Below are positions 37,339-50,451 of a stretch of 64,000 nucleotides of DNA, piece after piece. Both the position numbers and the translations under genes were made by a program. The stretch lies in NCBI GenBank assembly GCA_013265495.1, contig MU057887.1, forward strand, positions 259,985 through 323,984, read 5' to 3'. The notes beneath the pieces are model-generated. The model was not told the DNA's origin. It searched no databases and saw only the letters and a program-made list of their open reading frames with translations. How positions within the stretch are numbered: the stretch's first letter is position 1; every line of letters begins with the position of its first letter. This stretch comes from Vicugna vicugna. Its lineage: Eukaryota.

Positions 37339-38096
37339 CTCAGAGCCCTCCTGCACTGCTGGTGGGAGTGCAGTCTGATGCGGCCACTGTGGAAAACAGG
37401 ATGGAGTCTCCTCAAAAGACTAAAAGCAGACCTCCCATATGACCCAGCAATCCCACTCCTGGACATATATCCAGAAGGAGCCCTACTTCAAAAAGAAAAC
37501 TGCGCCCCAATGTTCATAGCAGCACTATTTACAATAGCCAAAACATGGAAACAGCCTAAATGTCCATCAACAGGTGACTGAATAAAGAAGATGTGGTATA
37601 TTTATACAATGGAATACTACTCAGCCATAAAAACCGACAACATAACACCATTTGCAGCAACATGGATGCTCCTGGACAATGTCATTCTAAGTGAAGTAAG
37701 CCAGAAAGAGAAAGAAAAATACCATATGATATCACTCAAATGTGGAATCTAAAAAAGAAGAAGAAGAATACAAGTGAACTTAAATATAAAACAGAAACAG
37801 ACTCACAGACATAGAATACAAACTTGTGGTTGCCAGTGGGGAGGGCGATGGGAAGGGATAGACTGGGAGTTCGAGATTTATAGATACTGACAGGTATATA
37901 TAGAATAGATAAACAAGTTTATACTGTAAAGCACAGGGAAATATATATAAGATCTTGTAGTAGCTCACAGTGAAAAAGAATATGAAAACGAATATATGTA
38001 TATTCAGGTATGATTGAAAAATTGTGCTGTACACCAGAAATTGACACATTTTAAACTGACTATAACTAACTAACTAAATAAATAAACAAGAAAAAA
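37339..38096 (+). mobile_element. Younger 5'-truncated L1 (ORF2 C-terminus and 3' UTR)
   Basis: ORF 37333-37581 reads LLHCWWEC...LWKT...LPYDPAIPLL...[21 protein letters not shown] (L1 ORF2 C-terminus). The 3' UTR ends in an A-rich tail at ~38096. Confidence 0.93.
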
Positions 38097-39465
38097 TGGT
38101 TGACAATTCACCAGGTTAACCTACTGGAAGAAATTGCCTGAGGAAAGTTAAAATTTATTTTCATATTTATGTTGCACAATATATTTAAGGATCTATTTTT
38201 CTCAAAACAAAGTTTTACTCAAAATCATGTTTATATAATTTACTTAGGCCAATAAACTCTATTTTATTAATCATAAAAAAATGGTGCCCGTTACATACTT
38301 CCCAGTATCTGGTATACCTCTGTTTTAAAAAGTGGGAAGGCTCCCCAGTGCCAATAGGGTCAAGTTCAAACTCTGCACCTGGCCCCCCACAGCCCAGTCT
38401 TACCCCATCTTTCTAATCTCATCGTCCTCGTCTCATTTTATGTCTCAGCCGCTCTGGCTGCTTCTGTGCCCTCCCTCTGCTCATTCACACCTGCCCACCT
38501 TAGCTCGCGTGGCTCCCAGCTTAGCCCTTCCCCCATTCCACCTGGAAAGAACCAGTCTCCCCTCGCCTCTCCCTCCGACTCTATGTCTCCGTCTCTCTCA
38601 TCCGCACACCCGCACACAGACCAGGCGTTGTACTGGTCATCTTCAAAGTCACCATCTGACCTTATTCTCGCAGCCGCTCTGGGAGGGAGCATCACTGTGA
38701 CCATTTTACAGGTAAAGAATCAGCCTCAGAGAAATTAGTGACTTGGGCAGGACCACAAAGCTAAGAAGGGGTTGAGGTCAGATTTGTGCCCAGGTCAGCC
38801 CTACAAGGAGGTGTTGAGTGCACATCCAAGCTGGTCGGGCAATGATAACTAGAGCTCATCCTTGCCTTCCGAGAGCTTCGCTCTGGAGGGAAGGCAAACC
38901 ACCAAATGGAAAATGCTGGTACGTGGAAAGGGCAGAGCTCTGGACTGGTCCTCATCCCACCACCGGACAAGCTACATCAACACTCCGAGTCTGTTCGTTT
39001 ATCTGTGAGGTGGTGACAATACTTCCCTGCATCTCACTGTCAGGTGGTGGGCGGGTGACAACTGACAGCAATGTCACTGCCTATCTTTCTGATGAAAAAT
39101 ATCCTCTCCATCCATCAGATTGTCCAAGGTCAAGGTCACATGCCACCTCCTCTATGAAGACCTTCTCAGCTTCGCTCCCTTTCCAGACCCTCAGTCTCCT
39201 CCTCCTTGTCATAACAATAATAATGAAATAACAGGAGCCGTCCTGTGTAAGAGTTTACTGTTAAGGACAACGCGAAGCTCTTTTCACACACCTGCACACG
39301 TAATCCCCACAATATCCTGTACGGCAGGAACCGCTGTCTCTACATTTTAGCTGAGGAAGCTGAGGCTTGTTGTGGGGGTCGAATGACTTGCCCGAGGCCA
39401 CATCGCTTGTGTGGGAGGAAGCCAACATTCAGCCAGGTCTGCGCGACTCATGGGCTCAGAATCTT

Positions 39466-40158
39466 ATTTTATTAATCTTTTTTCACCTTTATTGAGGTAT
39501 AATTGACAAAAATTGTATATATTTAAGGTGTACACCGTGATGGTTTCCTACAAACACACATTGTGAAACGATCACCAGAAGCAAGCTAATTAGCATTCAC
39601 TGCCTCACAGTTACCTTCTTTTTCCTTTTCATCCTCCCCACCGCCCTCTCCACTGGCAACCACCTGTTTGTTCTCTGTATCTGAGTCACTTCTGTTTTAT
39701 TATGTTGCTCATTTGTTTTGCTTTTTTTAGATTCCGCATGTAAGTGAAATCGCACAGTATCTCTCTTTCTCTGTCTGACTTACTTCACTTGGAGTGATGC
39801 CTTCTAGGTCCATCCATGTCACAGACGGCAAGACCTCGTTCTCTGCTTGTGGCTGGGAGACACACACAAGTGCATGTCACATGTTCTTTTCTCTAGTCAT
39901 CTGTCGATGGATGCTCAGATTGCTTCCATAGCTTGGCCGTTGTAAAGACTACTGTAATGAACATAGGGGTGCGTGCATCTTTTTGAATTCGTGTTTTTGT
40001 TTTCGTTGCATAAATACCCAGGACTGGTATCGCTGGATCATATGTTAGTTCTTTTTTTAACTTTATGAGGAACCTCTGTACTGTTTTCCAGAGTGGCCAC
40101 TGCAATTTACATTCCCACCAACAGGGCACTAGGGTTCCCTTTTCTCCACATCCTCGCC
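39466..40158 (-). mobile_element. 5'-truncated L1 inserted in a MIR
   Basis: Reverse [18 protein letters not shown]...YDPAIP; TSD core gggctcagaa at 39452-39461 and 40159-40168. Confidence 0.9.
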
Positions 40159-40539
40159 GGGCTCAGAACCGCAACCACTCAAGCCTCTCTTCTAAGACTG
40201 AACAACCTCACGTACAGCAGGGCGTTTGATCACACCTACTAATGTCTGGATGGCGTTTTATAAGACCTCATGCTACAGGTGAGAAAGCTGAGGTTTATCA
40301 CTTTGTCATTGAACAGATCATTAGTGCCCATAAATGACGGGATGTGGCAGGGAACAGTGTCGCATGGGGTCCTGCTCTCGTGGGGCTTGGAGTTCAAAAG
40401 GGAGCTGGGGGCCCTGAAAACAAACCAACAAACATCAGCTGGCGAGAGGGAGAGACTCAAACAGGAGAGAGTGAGAGAACGAGAAAGCCCTTGCACCTGG
40501 GGACAGCTTAGCTGAGAGCCAGGGTGGGCCCCCCTGGGA

Positions 40540-41130
40540 GCAGCATTCAAGATGAGGGCTGAAGGCCAGAGGGAGGGCCTGGAGGAGGGACGTGCCTGGG
40601 GGAGGGCTCAGCAAGTGCAAAGGCCGGGGGGAGGGGCAGTGTGGCCTGTTTGAAGGACAGACAGGACAGAGACTTGGCAGCACGGTACTTGAGGACAGCA
40701 GTGGCGTAGGGTGAGCTCGGCGAGGCAGCCAGGCAAGGACGGAGGCTTCGTGGGCTCAGGGAAGAGTTTGGACTTTCTCCCAAGGGAAGGGAAGAACAGG
40801 AGGGTTTCCAGCGGGAGTGACAGGACCACACTTTCATTTCAAAGAGGAGCTTATGAGGGCACAGTCCAAGCCTGGGATGTAGCCGTGATGGCCCAGGCAA
40901 GAGAGGGTGGTAGTTTGGACAAAGATGGAGGCAGGGAGTTGGGGAGAAGAGGATGGAGGGCGGAACTGGGTGGAGGTCGAACCCATAGGACACAGTGGAT
41001 TGTATTTCAGGGAAGAGGGAAAAAGAAGAATCCGAGATGGTCCCCTGGTTTGGGCCTGTGCTTCTGGACCGATGGTACTGCCTTGACAATGAGGGGGCAG
41101 CATGGCTGGGAGAGAGCAAACGGGACCATG
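40540..41130. mobile_element. L2 fragment
   Basis: gcaagtgcaaaggcc ... ggaagagtttggactttctcc ... gatggcccaggcaagagagggtggtagtttggac. Confidence 0.7.
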
Positions 41131-43149
41131 GGAAGCAGCTGGGAGGCAGGAGGAAAACGGAGGGGGCCTGGGCCTGCTTTTTTGCACTCTCTTCCGCTGG
41201 GGACAGCGGCCTCCAGCTCTCACTGCCTCGAGGTCATCACTCAGACCTCTGCTCACACTTCTGTTCTCCAAAGTCTTCCCCAGGCCACGGACACCTGGGA
41301 ACACTCCATCCCAAGACCTACTTCCCTTTCTTTACAGAGTGGATCAGTGCCTGCATTGATCTTGTTTGTCCAAGTATTTATTTCCTTTCCCCAAGTAGAA
41401 CGTTGGCTTCTGGAGGGCACGTCCTGTCCTGAGAGCTTTCTCTCCAGCACCTAAAACCGGACCAGCCACATGGCAGGTGCCCAGACTCACCGACTTGCTC
41501 TAATCTGAGCAAATAGATGAATGGTTTCCAGGTCCCAGTGTGCAAAAGTGCATTCAGTTGTGGAGTCGTATGGAGGTCAAAGGACCTGGCTTTGGGGTTG
41601 GACACAAGTTCTAATCCGGGCTCACCTCTTTCCTGCTGTGTGATTTTGGGCAGGTCCCATAACCTCTCCGAGTGCAGAGTGAATAATAAATAATGTCCAT
41701 CTCACGAGGCTGGATAGGAGTAAAGGAAATAATGTTTATAAGGAGCTCTGCCCTGCCTGGCACATAGTTAGAGCCCTTAAAATGAGCTAAGGAAATAAAC
41801 AGACACCTAGAGCAATGCTTTAAAAAAGTTTTGAAATTATGTCTTGTCCTTTACTCCCTATAATTGCCACATAGAAAATTTAGAAATTATTCATCACATT
41901 GGCTCCAATCTCCCTTTGCCAGCCCACTGGCGCATCAAAAGGGTGCGGTGAGCACAGGGCTGCGAATGGGGTCAGGTTAGGAGGCAGAAGCACCCGCCCG
42001 GCTCCCGGGCACCGCAAACCTTGCTCTCCTGGGCACCGCGAGCCCTGCTCTCCCGCCTCCCAATAAAGGCACCAGTGGCTCAGTCAGGAATAAGCAGGGG
42101 CTGCAAACACTTCTTCCCAGAAAGGATGGTCATCTTTTGTTCTAAGAGTTGACTCACAGGACCCACAGTATTTGCCTCTATTGTTCTTAACAGTAGCTTT
42201 GCAGACAATCAGACAGCGAGAAAGCTGGCAGGACACTGCGGCTCTCAGGAGGAAGCCCAGGCCAGCCTGCGGAGGACGGGGGAGCACCTGGCGCAGTCAG
42301 CCCAGGGGTCCCGTCCAGGCCCCAGAGGTGGGAGAGAGACAGACAAGGTGCACAAAGCCGCTGCTCACCTGGGGACCCCAGGAATGGAAGGACCACCCAG
42401 CTGAACCAGAGGAGAAAGGAAGGGCTGTTTTGAGCCCCTGAGTTTTGGGGGCATTTGTTAGCAAGAACTGCCTGAGACACTCCGCTCCCCTGAGAACACC
42501 CCAGGGCCTTGGGCCTCCCTCCCTCGGTGCAGGCAGGCACGGCCACGGCCCGGACAGGACGGGCAGAGGGGCTGTATCAGACAGCTGCCTGTGCCTTGCA
42601 GATGAGCATGGAGGTGTTGGTCTTCCTGTAGACAGAATCTGCAGTTAAGAAACTTCCTTCCAGAACATGGATTGGCAGAGGGACTGGGGTGGTGAGACCA
42701 GCCAGGAGGCTGTTGAACTAGTCTAGGCAAGACTTGAAGGGATCCTTCCAGATGTTTGGGCCCTTCCAGGTGGTGAGGTCCTTACAGATGTTGGGGACCT
42801 TAAACTAAGGCACTAACAGTGGGAGCGAAGAATGGGGAGAGGTAAAAGACACCAGGTTGTCACAGAGCTGGGGACAGACTGGCCGGGGAGCAGGTAAGGG
42901 GTGTTGGGAGCCTTTGGGCCAGCACACTGGGTGGCTGTGGAGCAGCTGAGGAAGATGAGAGCCCCAGGAAAGGCCCCCTTTCGGGGAGGACAAGGAGGAT
43001 GAGGAGCCAACACCAGCTGTCTCGAGCTGGCTTCCACAGTGGCTCTCAGGCTCAGGAGTTGGTTTTGTTCTATGTTGTGTGGCCCCCTTCCCACCTGGAG
43101 CAGAATCTGTCTCTGAGATGCTGTTCATTTGACTGAGATATATTAATTG

Positions 43150-43350
43150 GTATTAAAATTACTATGCACCAGGCATGTTCTAGCACTTTATATATGTATT
43201 TGCTCACTTTAATCCTCAAATGAACCCCATGAGGACGGTTCTACAATTATCCCCACTTTACACATGAGGAAACTGAGGCACAGAGAGGTCAGGAGAATTG
43301 CCCACCGTTCCAAGTCCAGCAAAGGGCAGAGCAGGAACCCAACCCCACCT
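43150..43350. mobile_element. MIR
   Basis: tttaatcctcaaatgaaccccatgag ... attatccccactttacacatgaggaaactgaggcacagagagg. Confidence 0.85.
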
Positions 43351-43361
43351 GTCGGCCCCAG

Positions 43362-43574
43362 CGCAGGCCTCTCCCCCTCGGCACTGTTGACATCGAGGCC
43401 AGACCATTCCCTGCAGTGGGGCCGCCCTGTGCACCGTAGGACGTCGAGCAGCATCCCTGGTCTCCACCCAGATGCGCCGCAGCCCCCTCTGCCCAGGTGT
43501 GACAACCAAGCGGCGTCCAGACATCGCACGTGTCTCCTGCAGGGGGCAGAATGGCCCCCGGCTGAGAACCCTGC
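43362..43574. mobile_element. MER20 (hAT-Charlie)
   Basis: ctcggcactgttgacat ... gcagcatccctggtctccaccc ... gtgacaaccaag ... ccagacat ... ggctgagaaccctg. Confidence 0.85.
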
Positions 43575-44439
43575 TCTAAAGCCTAGTCTCTGGTTTTGCT
43601 TTTAATTCAAGCCCCTTCCACGGAGCAGAGGGAGGCACCCTTCTGCCTTAAAGAGGAGTCGCCATCGAGGAAGTCCACTCTAGAAGACGGACTGGAAGAG
43701 GTGGCCGAGAAACCAAATACTTACACGATTCAGGAAACAAAGGTCCGAATGCATGTGTGTTACCCACGGTCACAACTTCAGGACAAAGATAAGCAGCTGG
43801 AATTAGACTTTTTCGAGATGGAGGGTGACTTTCCCAGGACATAGCGACAACCTCTGAAGATCCTGTCTTGGAAATTACGATGGTTTAGGATGCAGAGTGT
43901 CTGCTTTGCTGCAGCTGCAAAAGGGGGTCCCATTCTCCTCACCTGGCTGAGGTCTCTCCAGCAGTCAGGAGCACTTCGTTTCAAAGCTACTTACTGGAGC
44001 TCTCTTAGCACCAGCATGAGAGGGACAGAGGCAAGGCTGAGGCTCGGAGCTTCTAAGAAGGAAAGAAGAGCGTGGAGAGGGCTGCAGATACACCGAATGT
44101 GGCACACGAGATGTTCTGCGTGGACAGTGCTCAGCAGATACTGGCTGAGTGAACAAGAAGGGAATTCAGAGACCTTGGCTCCCGGAGGTCTGAGCAGGGG
44201 CTGCAGCACAGCCCGTTGGCCCAGCCACACCTCCGAGCCACCCCCAAGGCGGGTCATGCAGGCTCCCAGGGGCTGGTGTGCCGAGTCTGAGCTGGGGATG
44301 GACTGAAGTGTCAGTGAGTGGCTTTCACTTCTGTGTTCCCTCTTCCCACCTGGCAACACCTAGTTCCTAATTGTCTTTGTCACCTGTTACTGCCACATTG
44401 CAGGGCTCAGAAAATATAGCAAAAAGAACGCGAAATATC

Positions 44440-44545
44440 TCATAATTTCTATGCGGATCACACGTTGAATGGATAATACTTTGGATGTACTGGGTTAAAT
44501 AAGAGAAAGATTAAAATTATTTTAACCTGTTTGTCTCCCTTTTTG
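44440..44545. mobile_element. MER3-like hAT fragment
   Basis: cacgttgaatggataatactttggatgtactgggttaaataa ... attaaaattattttaacctgttt. Confidence 0.7.
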
Positions 44546-46339
44546 ATGAGGTTCCTATATCGTCTCAGGCGGCCCCCAGGGCTCAGGTCACCTTTCTGTG
44601 GGACCTCACAGGTGCGGAGCATAGAGCCTAGCTGTGCAAATCCTTACCTGTTTTGCCCGAAATCTATTTACAGAAGACAAAACCTTTCCTCCCACATTAA
44701 GGTTAAAGGCCAAACCTATCAAGCAGAGAGGACTAATTAGCAAGTCTGATGGTTGGAATTTTGTTTCTATTTCCTCTGTCAGCTCGAGTAATTTGTTTGC
44801 ACTCTCCTCTCCCAGCTTCTGAAGTGTTTGCATTTCCCGAGCCTGCCTTTCTTTGCAAACGAGTTAACAAAAGCTGATCACTCACAAATATGACTCACTT
44901 GTTTCGCAAGTGGAAACGAAAGAAAGTCAGCAACAACAAAGGTGGAAAGAGTCGTCCAGCAAGGGGTTTCCCTCCTGCTTCTCCCTCCAGAGACGGCAAC
45001 CTCTCTGGTTCCAGTGTCACGGCACACACACCCCTCCATAGAAGAAATGTGTGAAATTTAAGCTTTCAGTGATAATCTATACACTGATTTTTTTTTTTTT
45101 TTACTTTGCATCAAAATGCACTTTCCTGCAAGACTTGGGTTCTAATCGATAAACTGATGTCCAGTTCCGGTGAAATATATGGCTGCTAATTAAAATCGCC
45201 TTAACCGACACAAAAACATCTCTTGATCCTGCTAGCCATCGCTGATGGGTTATTTCTTTTTAATTTATTCTAATAGCATACCTTGCTGGCTGCCAGTGGT
45301 TCTGTGGGACCCTTGAGTGACCTGGTTTCCACAAACACAGGCACACATGCACACATGCCAGCACCCTCACGGGCAGTGGGTGGACCCCCAGAGCTCAAGC
45401 TGGGAGGCATCTCTGGAGATTCGCTTCTTAGCCCATCACTTTACACCTTCTGATGGGACTTGCTCACTGAGTGTAGACGCCGGGAGGTAGAGTCTGGGCC
45501 AGGCACAAAGTCTGAGTCAGCAAAAAGTAAGCTCGTTGGCAGAAAAGCCACATCAACGAACAAATCTAGAGGCAATGCTGTGTAGACGGGGCAGCACTGG
45601 GTTCTATCCTGCTTCTGCCTTTGCCTCTAACTCACTGGTGACAGTTCCTAACTCTGGAACTACTTCTTTCCCTGGACAGCAGGAGAGCTGGCCTAGCAGA
45701 CCATCAGGCCCTTGCAAGCACTGATACTGTCTGCTTGCTTGCTTCTCATCCATCGCCAAGTAAACGTCCACTATGTACCAGGCATTGAGGATGCTCAGAC
45801 ACTGGTGACCGTGGGGGACAGAGCAGGAGAGGCAGGCCTGTCACAGAGTCCAAGGACAACGGTGGAACTTGAGTGGAGGGAAGAGGAGGCAGGTGCTGGG
45901 TGAGAAACGGCAAAGCACCCCAGCAATGAGAGCAGCAGCCTCTTCCAGGATGGCCACCTGGGATCCTGAAAGCCCAGCGCGGGCCCAGCACAGGTGAGGT
46001 CCTCATACAGGTGAGTGAGTGACTCGGAGTCCCAGAGTCAAGGAACAGCATGGTGAGCTCAGGGCGATGCAAATTGTTTTGCTAGGCTGGGGTGGGGGAG
46101 TGGCAGAGGGGAATGGCTTATACGGGAGGGAAGAGGACAGAGGATGGGAAAGGAGTCAAACCTTCTGCTATGTACCCCAAGCTAAGGAACGTGAGCTTGA
46201 TTCTAATCATGACTGCATGATTAAAACAGGATGTGATGCCACCAGAAGGACACTGGTGAAATGCTGGCTTTATTCCTTCTTTCATGTTTGGCTACAGAAG
46301 CTTTCTGGGCAAAATATTTTCTTTACTGAGAGGACTTGA

Positions 46340-47150
46340 ATTACAAATTACTTGCAGGATTATTCAGATTTTCTATTTCTTCATCTGTCAGTTTTGATAA
46401 GTTGTCTATTTCCAGAATTTTTCCATTTCTTCTAAATGCTAAGCTTCATTGGCATTTTGTCCATAGCGTCCTCTGTGACCCCCCTTTTCGTTCCTGATGT
46501 GAGGGGTTTGTTCGTGCAAACGCTGTTTCTGCTTCCTCTCCTCCCTTTCTGGGACCCTGATCACACACCACGTTAGACGTTCTCGCTGCATCATTTTTGT
46601 GTCCCTCACCCTTTCTTCTGTTATGTGTATCCTGTTCTTTCGACTCTCCAGCCTTTATTCTGGATATGTCATGGGGGCCTGTTTTGCAGTTCACCAGTTC
46701 TCTCTTTAGCAATGTCCATTCTGCTATTAAACCCTTTCACTTTCAACTTGGGTTCTTTGTACAGGCATAGGATTTGGGTTATTGACAGACCAAGTATTTC
46801 AGTTTGGCTCTCTTTTATGGTTTCTGGAGATCTGCCATAACACTCGCCTTTCTTAAGTCTTTAAATATCTTAAAACCATTGTTATTGTAACAGTTTATGT
46901 CTGTTCCTTCCATTAGCTGGAACCCCTGTTCATTCTTTCTCTTGGGTTTTGATCATATGGGCCTATTCCCTTGGTGCTTTGTTATTTTTGATTGAGTGTC
47001 AGCCTCAGTTATTCTATATAAAAATTATAGAAATAATTTGAGGACTAAAATAATATATTCCTCCACAGAGGTTTTACTTTTGCTTCTGGTAGGCACCGAA
47101 GACCTCTAGGAATCCCAGGTTGCCTTAATCCAATTACAGAGATTAAGATT
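46340..47150 (-). mobile_element. Old L1M fragments
   Basis: ttattcagattttctatttcttc ... gtcagttttgataagttg ... cagttcaccagttctctctttagc; T-rich antisense L1 composition. Confidence 0.65.
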
Positions 47151-47954
47151 ATTAGAAGCTGAGAAGTGAGAATGAGAGCAGGAGAAGGATTTGAAAACCC
47201 ACCTGCTCCCCCCGCTAAATACCAGCGATCAGAGCAAAGCCAGCAGTCCAGGCCGGGTGGCCCAACACGCAGCAGCCTCGACACCCCCCCTCACCGAAGC
47301 AGCATTCTAGAGAAAGTGTGGCTTCCTTGGCTCCCCCCGTCTCGGCACCATAATCCTGTCCAGCCATATGTAGGAAATAATACACGGATGGAGCCTTTAA
47401 TCCCAGGCTTTGTGAGAGGACAAAGGGATTTTCTCAGAACGACTGAATCCAAACTCTGCAAACTGTCAATATTTATTCACAACGAGCCAGAATGACAGTC
47501 TCGCTGAAGAACCATCAATCATCCTTCATTATTTGATCTGAAGAAGACGTCCATCTCCTCTGCCCCAAGCTTGATGCTCTCTCGGGCCCTTCTGCACACG
47601 GGGACACACACATGGGCACACACACACATGCACACACATGTGGCATATGTTCTCACATCAGAACGTTCACTTCTTGTTTTGGAACCAAGGTTATCCAGCT
47701 CGGAAAATCCTCAGTCTTCGTTGACGCCTTTAGGCAAAGCACAGTCTTTAAGGACAGACTCCGTCAGCGAGCGCTCACCCGGCCTCCGCGGCTCTGCCTG
47801 GTGCTGGCTGCTGCCCGGCCCCTCCGCCCGCAGGGCCCGGGATCTCCTGTCCGGGCCACCGTTCTCCAGGCTGACACTGGTCTCCCTCAGCTGTGCTCAC
47901 CCCCCACTCAGTGCTCTCAGATTGCAGCGCCAGGGCAGGAGGGGAGACATCGGC

Positions 47955-48395
47955 ATGCAATTGCCAAAAGGTGGAAACGACCAAGGTGTCCATCAACAGC
48001 TGAATGAGGAAACAGAATGTGGCCTACACGTACCGTGGAATGTTACTCGGCCTTAAAAAGGAAGGGACTTTTGACTCATGCTACAACAGGAATGAGCCTT
48101 GATAACATCATTCTAGGCGAAATGAGCCAGCCACCAAGGACAAGCACCGCGTGACTCCATCTATGTGAGGTCCCCAGAGCAGTCAGACTTACAGAGACAG
48201 AAAGCAGAATTGTGATTGTCAGGGGCTGAGGGGAGGGGCTGGGGAGTTGCATTCAGTGGGGACAGGGTTACAGTTTAGGAAGATGAAAAAGTTCTGGAGA
48301 CGGATGGTGGTGATGGTTGCACAACAATGTGAGTGTACTGAATCGTACACTTAACAATGGGTAAAATGCTAAATTTGATGTGATGTTTAAAAAGA
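47955..48395 (+). mobile_element. L1MB-like 3' end
   Basis: gccaaaaggtggaaacgacc ... agagacagaaagcagaat ... gaagatgaaaaagttctggagacggatggtggtgatggttgcacaacaatg. Confidence 0.85.
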
Positions 48396-48450
48396 ATGAA
48401 AAAGGTTTATCTTTTGCTCTAGAACAGTTACCATCTAAAAAGTTAAACTG

Positions 48451-50451
48451 AGGGACTTAATTAAACTTAAAAGCTTTTGCACAGAAAAGGAGACTATTGA
48501 CAAAATGAAAAGACAACCTACCAAATGGGAGAAAATATTTGCAAACAATGCGATTGACAAAGGCTTAATTTCCAGAATATACAAACAGCTCACGCAACTC
48601 AGCGACAACAACAACAACAAAATAAACAACCTACTCAAAAAATGGGCAGAAGACCCAAACAGACAGTTCTCCAATGAGACATACAGGTGGCCAATAGGCA
48701 CATGGGAAGATGCTGAACACCGCTAATGCTCAGAGAAACGCAAATCAAAACTGCAGTGAGGCATCACCTCACACCAGTCAGAGTGGCCATCACTCAAAAG
48801 TCCACAAATGACAAATGCTGGAGAGGCTGTGGAGAAAGGGGAACCCTCCTGCACTGCTGGTGGGAATGTAATTTGGTGCAGCCACTATGGAAAACAGTAT
48901 GGAGATTCCTTAAAACACTGAAAATAGACTCACCATATGATCCAGCAGTCCCACTCCTGGGCATATATCCAGAGGAAACGCTAATTCAAAAGATACATGC
49001 ACCCCAGTGTTCACAGCAGCACTATTTACAACAGCCAAGACATGGAAACAACCTAAATGTCCATTGACAGATGACTGGATAAAGAAGTTGTGGTGTATTT
49101 ATACAACAGAATACTAATCAGGCATAAAATAAAATAATGTCATTTGCAGCAACATGGATGGACTTGGAGATCGTCATTCGAAGTGAAGTAAACCAGAAAG
49201 AGAAAGACAAACACCATATAATATCACTTCTATGTGGGATCTTTAAAATGACACAAATGAACTTATTTACAAAACAGAAACAGGCACACAGACATAGAGA
49301 ACAAACTCATGATTACCAACGGGAAAGGGTGGGGGAAAGATAACTCAGGAGTTTGGGATTAACAGATACAAACCGCTATAGATAAAACAGATAAACAACA
49401 AGGTCCAACTGCAAAGCACAGGGAACTGTATCAATAGCTTGTAGTAACTTATAATGAAAAAGAATATATATAAAAAATTAAATTAAATTAAAAAAATAAG
49501 TGTATGTATAGCTGAATCACTATGCTGTATACCAGAGACTAACACAACATTGTAAATCGACTATACTTTCAATTAAAAAAATAAAAATGATTTTTTTGAA
49601 TGGGCAGAACTGAAAGACATTTTTCCAAAAGGGAAATACAGATGGCCAACAGGCATATGAAAAGATGCTCAACATCACTAATCATCAGGGAAATACAAAT
49701 CAAAGCCACAATGAGATATCACCTCACACCTGTCAGAATGGCTGTCATCAAAAAGACCACAAATAACAAATGCTGGCGAGGATGTGGAGAAAAGGGAACC
49801 CATGTGCATACACTGTTGGTGGGAGTGTAAATTGGTGCAGCCACTGTGGAAAGCAGTATGGAGATTTCTCAAAACACTAAAAATAGAGTTACTATATGAC
49901 CCAGCAACTCTACTCTGGGGTATGCATCCAAAAGAAACAAAAACACTAAATTGAAAAGATCCATGCACCCCAATGTTCATAGCAGCATTATTTACAATAG
50001 CCAAGACATGGAAGCAAACTGTCCATCAACAGCTGAATGGATAAAGGAGCACGGTGTGTGTGTGTGTGTGTGTGTGTGTGATGGAATACCACTTGGCCAT
50101 AAAAAAGAATGGAATTTTGCCATTTGCAGCAACGTGGATAGACTTGGAGGGCATTATGCTAAGTGAAATAAGTCAGACAGAGAAAAACAAATACTGTATG
50201 ATACCACTTATATGTGGAATCCAAAAAATACAACAAACTAGTGAATACAACAAAAAAGAAGCAGACTCACAGATACAGAGAACAGTGGAGGGCGGGGGAA
50301 GGGCAATGTAGGGGTGGGTGAGGGGAGGTACAAATTACTGGGTACAAGACAGGCTGTACAACACGGGGAATAGAACCAATATTTTGTAATAACTGTAAAT
50401 GGAAAATAACCTTTAAAATTGTATTAAAAAGGAAAAAAGTTTTTTTAAAAC
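48451..50451 (+). mobile_element. Composite of two tandem L1 3' portions (48451-~49587 and ~49598-50451) inside one TSD
   Basis: The ORF2 C-terminal motifs ([26 protein letters not shown]) appear twice, followed by two different 3' UTRs. Perfect 14-bp TSD aaaaagttaaactg at 48437-48450 and 50452-50465. Confidence 0.92.

Noticed and set aside
43596..43844. Acidic, protein-like 82-aa ORF
   Set aside because: Non-ATG start, no homolog I recognise, no convincing splice sites, poly(A) or TSD. BLASTX would settle it.
48451..50300. Functional L1 ORF2 / reverse transcriptase
   Set aside because: Only C-terminal fragments broken by stops and frameshifts; no endonuclease or RT core and no 5' UTR.
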